From: Rebecca billardiae RCC1528
Taxonomy: Eukaryota; Protista; Haptophyta
Direction of reading: 5' to 3'
NCBI GenBank assembly: GCA_965240325.2
Contig: OZ251242.1
Location: 310,001 to 374,000, forward strand
DNA: 64,000 nucleotides
In this document: piece after piece, positions 21,922 to 32,807 of the stretch
Numbering within the stretch: position 1 is the first letter of the stretch
How the letters are laid out: every line of letters starts with the position of its first letter
Translations under genes and position numbers: made by a program
Notes under the pieces: generated by a model
What the model saw: only the letters and a program-made list of their open reading frames with translations
Told to the model about the DNA's origin: nothing
Database searches by the model: none

Positions 21922-23697
21922 ATGGGGGCCGCGGGCGCGCGCGGCGGGCGCGCATCCGCCGCACCCGCCCCGCGATCCACGCTTGTACTCGCCTTCTGGC
22001 TCGCGCTCGCCCTCGGAGCGCGCAGTTCCGCGCCGCCCACGCCGCGAGCGGCGCGCCGCCCGCCGCCGGCGCGCGCGCTCGTGCCTCCGCGCGACACGGT
22101 GGCGGCCAGGCGCGTGCCGCGGCTGGCCGAGTCGGTGGACGACGCGATTGACCGCGCGATCGAGACCGCGCGCGCTGCGTGCGACGTGACCGAGGTGCAG
22201 CCCACAGACGCGCGTGGCGGCGGCGGCGGCGCGAGCTCCACATCGCCGCCTGCCGGCGGGAGCGCGCGCGCGCTGTGGGCGGACGCGGCGAGCGCGGCGG
22301 CGCGCTCGAGCTCCGCGGCTGCGGAGGGCGAGCGTGCGCCTCCGCCCGACGGCGTCGTCTCGCTCGGCGCGATGCACGGCTGGTGCCTCACCGCCGCCGA
22401 GCTCGCCGACATGCAAAGCCTGCGGTCGACGCTCGCGCCGCGGCTTGCGTATTTGCCCGCTGCGCACGCGGCGCGCGTGCTGACCGCGCTCGAGCTGGCG
22501 TACCAGGCGCAGGGCCGGCTCTCCGCCTCGCGCGACCGCTCGCGCATCGCGCGCTCCGTCGCCCTCGTCGAGCTGCTCGCCGGCCTGCGCGTGGGCGCGG
22601 ACGCGCTCGTCGCAGCAGTCCTGCACGGCGCCGTGCTTAGCGGCGACGCATCGCTGGAGGAGTTGTCGACGTGCTCGGCGGTGCTCGGCCCGGCGGCGGC
22701 GGCGGCGGCGGAGGGCGGCGAAGGGGCGGAAGGGCGTGAGGCCGACGCGCTCTTCGCCGCGGACGCCGACGCCGACGCGCTGCTCGGCGGCTGGGGCGAC
22801 GTCGGCGGCGGCGTCCCGGATGCTCGCCCGCGCGCGGCCGGCGGCGCCGCGGCTGCGGCCACCGCCGCCGCCGACGAGGACGGCGGGCGCGACGGGGTCG
22901 ACGGGAAGGCGGCAATGGGCTCCGGCGGCGATGAGACGTCGGCGTCGGCGCCCGCGACCGGCACGCGCGCCCTCGCGCTCCTCACGTCGCTGTGCAAGGT
23001 GCGCGCGCGCGCGCGACCCGTGCACGCAGCGAGTGCGCCCCCGCATGCGGCGCGTGCGCGCGCGCTCGATCCGCGCAGGCGCCGTGCGCACGCTCGCGCA
23101 GCCCGCGCGGGCGCGCCGACTGAGTGCCGCCCCCGCGGCCGCGCCGCCCCGCGCTCGCGCGCCGCGCAGGTCGAGCGCCTCCTCGGCGCCATGCGCGCCT
23201 CCGGCACCACAGGCTCGACCGCGCAGCGCGAGGCCGCGCAACTCCTGGTGCTCGCGCTAGCGTCCGAGCCAACGGCCGTGCTGGTGCTGCTGGCGGCGCG
23301 CACGCTCGCGCTGCGGGACGCGTCGGAGATGTGCGCGGGCGCGCGCGCGCACGCGGCGCGCGAGGCGCTCGAGCTCTTCGCGCCGCTCGCGCACCGCCTC
23401 TCCATGTGGTCGTTCAAGCTTGAGCTCGAGCAGCGCGGCTTTGCGGCGCTGCATCCGGACGCGTGCGAAGCGATTTCGGCCCAGATCGAGCGTCTGCGTA
23501 CCGACGCGCGGCCGTCGCTCGAGCACCACAGGGCGCGGCTGGCGCGCGCGCTGGCGGCGGACCCGTGGCTGCGCGCGCACGCGCCCTCGATGCGCGTCGA
23601 GGCGCGCCTCAAGGAGCCCTACTCCGTCTGGCGCAAGGCTTGCCGCACCGCCGCTCGGCGCGGCGCGAGCGGCGCGAGCGGCGCGCGCGGCGGCGCG

Positions 23698-23728
<31 letters not shown>

Positions 23729-26569
23729 CGGCGGTGGCGCGGCGGCCGCGCGCGGCGCCGGCGGCGTCGCAGGCGTTCCTCGTGGCCTCGGACGTGCTCG
23801 GCCTGCGCGTCATCTTCGAGGCGCGCCCGCTCCACCCGCAGCTCGACGCGGCGGATCGGGCGCTGCTGTCATCTCACGGCGGCGACGGGTGCGCGGCGGC
23901 GGAGGCGCGGGACGCGCAGGTGGCCGGCCGCGTGCTGGCGCTGACGCACTCGCTGTGGCCGCCGGTGCCGGGGCGCGTGAAGGACTACATCGCGAGCCCG
24001 AAGCCGAACGGCTACCGCTGCGTCCACTCCACCGTGCTCTGGGGCTCGCTGCGCGCAGAGGTGCAGGTGCGCTCGGCGGCCATGCACGCCCACGCAGAGT
24101 ATGGACCGGCCGCCCACTGGATGTACAAGAAGCGCCGCCCGAGCGTGGGCAGGGATGCGGGGAGCACGGCGGGGCCGGCGGGGGCCGGCGTCGGCGCGGC
24201 GGCCGACGCACCGCCCGCCGCCCACGCCGCGCCGGGCGCCGCCGGCGGCTCCGCAGCGGACGCCCTCTGGCTGGCCGCCGCCGCCGAGTGCGCCGCAGAC
24301 GCAGGCCTTGTCCAGTCGGCAGCGCCCGCGTTCGGGGCGACGATTCCGACCGCGCCGCCGCAGCGCGCGCTGCCGGACCCGGACGCGGCGGTGGATGCGG
24401 AGGCGGGGGCTGGTGGCGAGCCCGGCCCCGCCGCGCGCCTCGGCTCGCACGGCGCCGCCGGGCCGACTGCCGCCGCCGCTGCCGACCGAGCCGACGCCAG
24501 CGGCGCGCCCGGCGGCGGCGGCGGCGGCGGCAGCTCGCGAGGTCCGAATCTCGGCGGCTCGCGAGATTGCGATCTCGCGCTCGAGGCGGCGCCGACGCCG
24601 CACGTGGCGAAGCTGCTGCGCTCGGTGCGGCGCGCGCTGCTGCGGGCGGGCGTGTACGTCGCCACCTCGCGCGGCCAGGTGCTCACCCTGCCGCGCGGCG
24701 CCACCGTTCGGGACGCGCTCCTGCGACTGCACGCGATGGAAGGTGAGCAAGCGATTTGCGAGCGCGCACCCGCGCGCCGCGCGCGCCGCCGCGGGACCAG
24801 AAGGCTCATCAAGCATGCACTCATCAGCATGCATGCATGCATGCTCGCGCGCCGCGCGCGTGCGAGTGCGAGAGGGCGCGGCGCGTGTGTGCCCCGTGCC
24901 GCGCCATACGCGCGAGGGGGGCGCTGCACACGGCGCGACGCCGCCCGCCCTGCCGCCGCGCGCACACACACACCCGCGGCCGCCGTGCAAGCGCTCACGC
25001 GCGCCGTCCGTCCGCGCGCGCCGCCCACCCACCGCCGCGCCCAAACCCCGCCGCCGTCGGCCACGCGCGTGCGCGCGCTCGCGCAGCGGTCGTGGAGGGC
25101 CGCGTGCGCGTCAGCGTGAACGGGCGCCGCGCCGCGCTCGGCGCCGCGCTCGCCAACGGTGACCTGATCGGAGTTGACGCGATTGAGCCGGCGGGCGGCG
25201 GCGCGGCCGCGCTCGCCGCCGCGGGCTGGCCGGCGCGCGGCGCGGGGCGCGCTGGCGAAGGCGGCGGCGGCGGCACTGGCGGCGGCACTGGCGCCGACAG
25301 CCGCGGCGCGCGGGACGAGCCGCGAGCGCGCCGCGCCGCGCGCGGGCCCTCGCACTCCTGGGCGTTCGGGAGCGAGCGCACGCGCGGCGCGCCCGCGCCC
25401 GCGCCCGCGCCGCCGGCCGCGCCCGCCGCGGACGCCGCGGATGGCGGCGGCACCGTGTGCGCGCAGACGGCGCAGCAGCCGGCGGTGGCGGGTGCAGGCG
25501 CGGCTGAGGCCGCCGCTCACGCGCCGGCCGACGCGACGCCCGCCGCCATCCGTGCCGCGGACGCCACCGCGCCCACGCCGAGCAGCGGCCGAGGCCCGCC
25601 GCTGGCGCGCGCCCTCGCCGACGCCGCTCGGCGCGCGCCCGCCGCCGTCGGCGCGGCGTGGCTCGCAGAGGCAGAGTTGAAGCACGGGCGCGTCGCCATG
25701 CTCGGCGCCGCGCACGTGCTGCTGCACGCGGCCGCCGCGCAGCGCGGCCTCGAGCTCCCGCTCGCGGCGCGCTTGCTCGCGCCCGCCGCCGACCTCGCCG
25801 CGGCGGCGGGCGGCGGCAGCGGCGCGGTGGGCGCGGCGGCCGCTCACGGCAGCAGCGCGGTGTTGTGGACTGGAGGATGGCTGCTCCTGGCGGCGTTCGG
25901 CGCGATCGAGGGCGTGCAGGTGCGCGCGGCTGCGCGGCCGCGACGCTGCGCGCGCCGTGCGCTCCCCCGTTCGCGCCGCCCATGCGCGTGCACGCACCGC
26001 TGGGCCCGCGCGCTCCCTTGGCGCCGCGTTGTGCATTGTTGTTCGTTGTTACTGTCTGTTGCCATGTGCTGTTGTTGTAGTCTGTTGTCATGTCGTGTCT
26101 CGACTCTCGAGCAGCGCACTCTGCGCCCGCGCCGCAGTCCCCTGCGCCCGAGCGCCGAGACTGAGCCCAGGCGTCCCGCCCCCGCGCGCGCGTGCGCTCG
26201 TGCCGCGCCGACGCGCAGCTCACGCGCTTGGCCGCCGCGGACGCGGCGACCGCCGCGGCCGTCGCCGCCGCGGACTCCGTCAGCGCGCGCGTCGCTGAGA
26301 TGCGGCGGCGCGCCGAGCAGCGCTTGCCCGCGCCGCGCGGCGCGCGCGCGACGGCGGAGGCGGCGGCGGCGGCGGCGGCGGGCAGGGGCCCGTCGGGTGC
26401 GCCCCGCGCACCGACGACGCTCGAGGCGGCGGTGAGGCACGCCGACACCGCCGCCGCCGCCGCCGCCGCCTCGCTCAGCTCGGGCGAGGTCGAGGTGGCG
26501 CTGGGCCGTCTGGCGATGGTCTACCTGCTCGGCACCGCGCTCGCGCTGCTCAGCGCGCGCTCTTACTGA
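21922..26569 (+). CDS. RSH: RelA/SpoT homologue (degenerate HD, synthetase, TGS) fused to a C-terminal LHC-like three-helix domain; exons 21922-22998, 23170-24742, 25087-25919, 26219-26569 (~1277 aa)
   Basis: Synthetase motifs [54 protein letters not shown] split across a phase-1 intron ([11 protein letters not shown] / [18 protein letters not shown]). LHC motifs [12 protein letters not shown] and EVALGRLAM. All introns GT-AG and phase-compatible. Confidence 0.85.
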
Positions 26570-26735
26570 TGAGTACTACTGACGTAGTATACGATATACG
26601 CGTACTGCTGCTGGCGGTATCATCCGCAACTACGCTAGCAGCATCATCATTATGATTAGGCGGCGCCATATATCGTCGTAGCCACGGTCGGCGCCACCTC
26701 GGCCGGTAGCTAACGCAGCTGCTAGCATATTGCCA

Positions 26736-26856
<121 letters not shown>

Positions 26857-26991
26857 TTAGCGTGCATATCATAATCGACGACCGGCGGGCCGGCCCAGAC
26901 CTCATGACAGACACGAGACTCCGTGCTCACTCTGTCTGCTGCTCGCGCGCAGGATAAGGCCTTGGCATCACGCGCTGGTGACTGGCACGAC

Positions 26992-28071
26992 TTACTCGGG
27001 CACCCAGTCAGCCACCCCGCAGACCTGCTTGACGATCTTGACATCTGCCTTGCCCGTGATGCTCGAGAGCCAAACGCGGTATGGGAGCGCAAAGATGACC
27101 GAGAGCTGAGCGAGGAGGAACCAGTACGGCCCCACGAAGAACGGGGTGCTCTCGCCCTGGCGAATGGCGAGCGCACGGTCCGTGAAGCCCTCGAGTTCGA
27201 GAACAGCGGTGAAGCTATTCTTGGAATCGCGCGAGTGGAGCTGCCTCCACGCGTGTTCGTGGCGGAGGTAGACCTCGTCGCCGACGACCGTCCTGGACAG
27301 ATCCAACTTGGTCATGCGGTAGCGTTCGATGTCGCCCACTGGCGGCGACGCGTCCGACCAGCTGGCAAGCGGGACGACCACGTCTGCAGTATGGGTAACG
27401 ACCGTATGAGAGGTCGACGACGTCATGTTACCGTGACTGTCGTGACTGCCGGTGCTGGAGGTTGTGGATTCGTGCGAGCAAACCATGTGCCAGCGCACAA
27501 CGACCGGCGTTTGCGTGCGCCATGAGTTGAGCAAGTCGTTCATCTCCGACCCGCCCTTGATGGAGAGCAAGTGGCGGAACGTGCGCGAGATGAGCCCCTC
27601 CAAGAAGAAAGCCACCACCACAAAGGGGAAAGAGATGAAAGCGTAGAAGCCTATCAAGGGGATCCCTAGAACCATGGTGATGAGGAAGGCGTGGGGGACG
27701 ACCATGCCGAGGTGCATGTCGCGCTTGCAGCCAACGACCAGACCGCTGTCCGGTAGCGGCTCGGCCTTCGGAGGCGGCAGTGCCGCCACCGTGACCATCT
27801 TGCCGTCTTCAGGCTGCGCCTTCTTTGGCTTGGCGCCCGCGGCCAGAGGCTTGTACGTGACGACCATCTCCTGCCCATCCTGCATCCCGGGCGGCACGCA
27901 GGCGCGCACGGACTGCCCGTCGGGCGTGACGGCCAAGAACGGCACATCGGCGGCCAGCCCCGGCGGGATGGCCACGGTCATGAACGCATGCGAGGGCTCG
28001 GGTGGAGCCTCCACGTCCTTCACGCTGACGTTGACAGGGTCCGTCTTCTCGGTGTTGGCCGTGTTGCCCAT
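26992..28071 (-). CDS. TMEM151-like membrane protein, paralogue A
   Basis: Intact ORF; two TM helices then [29 protein letters not shown], and C-terminal [19 protein letters not shown], resembling the TMEM151 family. Start MGNT at 28071. Confidence 0.7.
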   Translation of the reverse strand: MGNTANTEKTDPVNVSVKDVEAPPEPSHAFMTVAIPPGLAADVPFLAVTPDGQSVRACVPPGMQDGQEMVVTYKPLAAGAKPKKAQPEDGKMVTVAALPPPKAEPLPDSGLVVGCKRDMHLGMVVPHAFLITMVLGIPLIGFYAFISFPFVVVAFFLEGLISRTFRHLLSIKGGSEMNDLLNSWRTQTPVVVRWHMVCSHESTTSSTGSHDSHGNMTSSTSHTVVTHTADVVVPLASWSDASPPVGDIERYRMTKLDLSRTVVGDEVYLRHEHAWRQLHSRDSKNSFTAVLELEGFTDRALAIRQGESTPFFVGPYWFLLAQLSVIFALPYRVWLSSITGKADVKIVKQVCGVADWVPE

Positions 28072-28305
28072 CCCGGTGCTCGGGACAGCGGATGGATGCA
28101 CAGCTGATGCAAGGGTGCTGATGCAAGGGCGGTCGGCCGGTCGCTGATGAAGGGATCAGCGTCCTTCACGCTGACGTTGACAGGGTCCGTCTTCTCGGTG
28201 TTGGCCGTGTTGCCCATCCCGGTGCTCGGGACAGCGGATGGATGCACAGCTGATGCAAGGGTGCTGATGCAAGGGCGGTCGGCCGGTCGCTGATGAAGGG
28301 ATCAG
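28014..28305. repeat. Perfect 146-bp tandem duplication spanning the TMEM151-A start codon
   Basis: 28014-28159 equals 28160-28305. Confidence 0.95.
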
Positions 28306-28426
28306 CCCCAAGAGACCGTACCGTAATTAACGTCACCAACCACTGCTGCATCTATCCAGCGGTGGACGGGTCCGGACCAGGGGATCTGGCCGGAGGAGAT
28401 CCGCCTAAAGTTGAAAGCAGTACTGT

Positions 28427-28468
28427 CCTGCCTGAGCTGTGTGCGTCTCTTATTCTTAGTAAACTGTA
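28427..28468 (+). repeat. Dispersed ~45-bp repeat, copy 2, near the duplication junction
   Basis: Identical to 5177-5218. Confidence 0.85.
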
Positions 28469-28548
28469 ATGAATTGGTCCTTCAGCAGGTAGATAGGTGA
28501 GTGACGAGTAAGATACGGTAGATCTTCCCGGCCGTGAGCCGCACGCTT

Positions 28549-29712
28549 GCCGTGGACGGCGCAGATGGCGGCGGCACCGTGGGCGCGCAGCCGGCGCAGC
28601 AGCCGGCGGGGGCGGGTGCAGGCGCGCCTGAGGCCGCCGCCCACGCGCCGGCCGACGCGACGCCTACCTCCATCCGTGCCGCGGACGCCATCGCACCTAC
28701 GCCGAGCAGCGGCCGAGGACCGCCGCTGGCTCGCGCCCTCGCCGACACCGCTCGGCGCGCGCCCGCCGCCGTCGGCGCAGCGTGGCTCGCGGAGGCAGAG
28801 TTGAAGCACGGGCGCGTCGCCATGCTCGGCGCCGCGCACGTGCTGCTGCACGCGGCCGCCGCGCAGCGCGGCCTCGAGCTCCCGCTCGCGGCGCGCTTGC
28901 TCGCGCCCGCCGCCGACCTCGCCGCGGCGGCGGGCGGCGGCAGCGGCGCGGTGGGCGCGGCGGCCGCTCACGGCAGCAGCGCGGTGTTGTGGACTGGAGG
29001 ATGGCTGCTCCTGGCGGCGTTCGGCGCGATCGAGGGCGTGCAGGTGCGCGCGGCTGCGCGGCCGCGACGCTGCGCGCGCCGTGCGCTCCCCCGTTCGCGC
29101 CGCCCATGCGCGTGCACGCACCGCTGGTGGGCCCGCGCGCTCCCTTGGCGCCGCGTTGTGCATTGTTGTTCGTTGTTATTGTCTGTTGCCATGTGCTGTT
29201 GTTGTAGTCTGTTGTCATGTCGTGTCTCGACTCTCGAGCAGCGCACTCTGCGCCCGCGCCGCAGTCCCCTGCGCCCGAGCGCCGAGACTGAGCCCAGGCG
29301 TCCCGCCCCCGCGCGCGCGTGCGCTCGTGCCGCGCCGACGCGCAGCTCACGCGCTTGGCCGCCGCGGACGCGGCGACCGCCGCGGCCGTCGCCGCCGCGG
29401 ACTCCGTCAGCGCGCGCGTCGCTGAGATGCGGCGGCGCGCCGAGCAGCGCTTGCCCGCGCCGCGCGGCGCGCGCGCGACGGCGGAGGCGGCGGCGGCGGC
29501 GGCCGCGGGCAGGGGCCCGTCGGGTGGGCCCCTCGCACCGACGACGCTCGAGGCGGCGGTGAGGCACGCCGAGTCGCCGACACCGCCGCCGCCGCCGCCG
29601 CCGCCTCGCTCAGCTCGGGCGAGGTCGAGGTGGCGCTGGGCCGTTTGGCGATGGTCTACCACTCTACCTGCTCGGCACCGCGCTCGCGCTGCTCAGCGCG
29701 CGCTCTTACTGA
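28549..29712 (+). pseudogene. 5'-truncated duplicate of the LHC-like tail of the RSH gene
   Basis: Copy of 25425-26569 lacking the RSH domains and any in-frame ATG before the LHC motif; two 8-nt insertions (~29571, ~29661) frameshift the last exon. Confidence 0.8.
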
Positions 29713-29779
29713 GTACTACTGACGTAGTATACGATATACTGGCTGCTGCTGGTATCATCCGCATCAACGCTAGCAGCAT

Positions 29780-30630
29780 CATCAGGCGGCGCTGCGCCGC
29801 GCATATATCGAGTAGTAGTCCGAGTCGGCGCACCTCGTCGCGGGTATATATAGCAGCGCGCATACCTTCGCGCTCCACTCGCCGCCATGCCCCCACGTGG
29901 CCACGACAATCGGCCGGGACGATCGCGGGGAAGGTGTCGAGCCGCGCCTCGTACGGGCCCACCTGGCCCTCAAGCGTGCCGTAGTAGACCTCGCGGTCGA
30001 GGAGCTGCAGCTGCTTGCGCCGCTCGCGCGGGACGAGTTCCGCGCGGTGGCGCACCGCACGACGTTGCGGCCGTCGCTCACTCACCCCGTGTAGCGCGAC
30101 GGGCTCAGCGAGATGGTCTTGACCTCGAACAGGGTACAGCAGTTGCCGTGCACCTCGGCACTCAGGTCCACCATCGGCACGCGCTTGCGGTCCGTGCCGA
30201 GCACCGCCTGCGCCTGGGCGGCGGACTGGGCGTGCACCGAGCCGAAGATGTAGGTGTCCTCCGTCACGGCGCACACACCGGCGTACGTGCGGAAAAACTC
30301 CGCCAGCACGCGGATCACCGGGTCGTGCCGGTAGCGTGCGACGTGGTCGCCGGGGAGCGCGTTGCGGCCGGACGCGCTAAGGAGCGCGTCGCCGTACGTG
30401 TCCACCCGGATGCCGGGACCCGAGCGCGTGGGCACGTACGCCCCGGCCTGGGCCAGCGGCGCGCAGACTGGGCTGGGGATCCCGAGCGCGCGCGCCGCGA
30501 TCTCCAGCCACTCACCCTGGTGGTGGACCCTCGCGCTGCCGATCGGGAGCGCGCCCACGAACGCAAGTGCGGCACGGTCTACGTTCTGGATGAGGTGCAC
30601 ACGGCGGTCGTCCCGCGAGAGAGAGCTGAG
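29780..30630 (-). mobile_element. Degenerate 5'-truncated non-LTR retrotransposon fragment (CRE-like, restriction-like endonuclease region)
   Basis: Across a stop and frameshifts: VDTYGDALL..GDH..RHDPV, VPMVDL..LFEVKTI (PD-(D/E)XK-like), LDREVYYG..VGPYEARL, GEWSAKVCALL. 5' end abuts an (AT)5 tract. Confidence 0.6.
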
Positions 30631-30761
30631 CATATATATATAGTATTAGCGTGCATAATCGACGACCGGCGCGGGCCGGCCCAGGCCTCATGACAGACTC
30701 ACGAGACTCTGCTGCTCGCGCGCAGGATAAGGCTCATCACGCGCCTGGTGACTGGCACGAC

Positions 30762-31817
30762 TTACTCGGGCACCCAGTCAGCCACCCCGCAGACCTGCTT
30801 GACGATCTTGACATCTGCCTTGCCCGTGATGCTCGAGAGCCAAATGCGGTATGGGAGCGCAAAGATGACCGAGAGCTGAGCGAGGAGGAACCAGTACGGC
30901 CCCACGAAGAACGGGGTGCTCTCGCCCTGGCGGGTGACAAGCGCACGGTCAGTGAAGCCCTCGAGATCGAAAACAGCGGTGAACTCGTTCCTTTCATCGC
31001 GCGAGTGGAGCTGCCTCCATGCGTGTTCGTGGCGGAGGTAGACCTCGTCGCCGACGACCGTCCTGGACAGATCCAACTTGGTCATGCGGTAGCGTTCAAG
31101 GGCGCCCACTTGCGGCGACGCGTCCGACCAGCTGGCAAGCGGGACGACCACGTCTGCAGTGTGGGTAGTGACTTCGCGCCTCTCACGCTTACCGTCACTG
31201 TCGGTGCGAGTGCGGTGGTGAGAGCAACGCATGTGCCAGTGCACAACGACCGGCGTTTGCGTGCGCCATGAGTTGAGCAAGTCGTTCATCTCCGACTCGC
31301 CCTTCATGGCGAGCAAGTGGCGGAACGTGCGCGAGCAGAGCCCCTCGAGGTGGAACACCAGCGCCGCACCGCAAGACTGGATGAGGAGGGGCCAGCACCA
31401 GCACCGGTAGGACTGGAAAAGCGAGATGATGAGGAAGGCGGTGGTCAAGATGACGAGGAGGTGCACGTCGCGCTTGCAGCCAGCGACCAGACCGCTGTCC
31501 GGTAGCGGCTCGGCCTTCGGAGGCGGCAGCGCCGCCACCGTGACCATCTTGCCGTCGTCAGCCTGCACCTTCTGCGGCTGGGCGCCCGCGGCCAGAGGCT
31601 TGTACGTGACGACCATCACCTGCCCATCCTGCATCCCGGGCGGCACGCAGGCGCGCACGGACTGCCCGTCGGGCGTGACGGCCAAGAATGGCGCGTCGGT
31701 GGCCAGCCCCGGCGGGATGGCCACGGTCATGAACGCATGCGAGGGCTCGGGTGGAGCCTCAACGTCGTTCAGCACGCCGATCGTGGCAGGGTGCGTCGCC
31801 CACGCGGTCTTGCCCAT
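30762..31817 (-). CDS. TMEM151-like membrane protein, paralogue B
   Basis: Intact ORF collinear with 26992-28071; start MGKT at 31817. Confidence 0.7.
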   Translation of the reverse strand: MGKTAWATHPATIGVLNDVEAPPEPSHAFMTVAIPPGLATDAPFLAVTPDGQSVRACVPPGMQDGQVMVVTYKPLAAGAQPQKVQADDGKMVTVAALPPPKAEPLPDSGLVAGCKRDVHLLVILTTAFLIISLFQSYRCWCWPLLIQSCGAALVFHLEGLCSRTFRHLLAMKGESEMNDLLNSWRTQTPVVVHWHMRCSHHRTRTDSDGKRERREVTTHTADVVVPLASWSDASPQVGALERYRMTKLDLSRTVVGDEVYLRHEHAWRQLHSRDERNEFTAVFDLEGFTDRALVTRQGESTPFFVGPYWFLLAQLSVIFALPYRIWLSSITGKADVKIVKQVCGVADWVPE

Positions 31818-31955
31818 GCCGGTGCTCGGGACCGCGATGACGAAATGGCGGAGCCAGGCAGGGGGATCCACAAGAGGGGATCCGCAAGAGGGGATCGTGT
31901 AAAGTGAATCTGATGCGCGGCAGGTGCGTGAGCAACCACCCGTCCCAGAAAGCCC

Positions 31956-32012
31956 CTGAGCCCGTCTTCGGCTCAGCGGGCTCAAAACATGCCGACGGCA
32001 TGTTTTGAGCCC
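31956..32012. other. Tandem hairpins: 7-bp stem-loop followed by a perfect 35-nt palindrome
   Basis: CTGAGCC-7nt-GGCTCAG, then GGGCTCAAAACATGCCG-A-CGGCATGTTTTGAGCCC (31978-32012). Confidence 0.85.
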
Positions 32013-32807
32013 AGTGACTATGAAATGGGCTGGCAACGAAAACAGCGGGGGCCTAGCGGCCTTTTCCCGGTGGGGCTGGTCGAACACAGCGCGTCTAGGA
32101 CGCGACGGAGAAGCTTGCCAGGGCCGGCAGACCCGACGACGATGAGACGAGTTGGCCGTTCAGCGCTGACTAACGGTATCATCCGAGCTGCCGCGTCTTC
32201 GCGCGTCGCGTGTGCGATTTAGCCATTAGCCAGGTGCGGCAGCGTGGCTCTCCCAGTTCTGCAAGGCCCACCGAGGCGCCAGCGAGGCGCGCGTCGATGC
32301 AGTCGATGCAGTCGTCGCTGCCGGCACGGCCGCTCGGGCCTGGCGGCACGGCAACGGCACGCACCGATCACGCCGTGCGTGCGCGCGTCGGCCATCGACG
32401 CGTGGTAGTCGTGCAGCAACTGCAGTCCGCACGTCGTGCTGCCGCCGGACGCCCAGATGGCGCGCGACCGCGTCGGTCGCGGCGGCCTCGCGCGCCGCGC
32501 GCGGTTCGGCTCGACGCGCGGCGTGACCCTCGCGGCGCTCCGCGTTGCGCGCCTCGTCCACGCCGTTCAGCGTGCTCGCCAGCCGCGCTGCGCGAGGCAC
32601 GCGTCGAGCGCTGCCGGCGTCTCGCAGTTTGGGTGCGAGGCCGCGGGCGCGCGCGCGCCGGGGCGCGTGGCCTCGTGCGGGTGCACGGCGAGGCGCGCCA
32701 GGTCCGTACCGTTACCGTATTGTATAGGCGGTATGAACTGGGTAAGGGGGTACCGCTAAGATCGCCGCCAGATTTGTGGGAATCGCAACGACATCTCTAT
32801 GCGGCGC

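Noticed and set aside
22999-23169. Excess of stop-free 3n introns
   Set aside because: About 7 of 17 inferred introns are 3n, close to chance, and a lack of stops is expected at this GC
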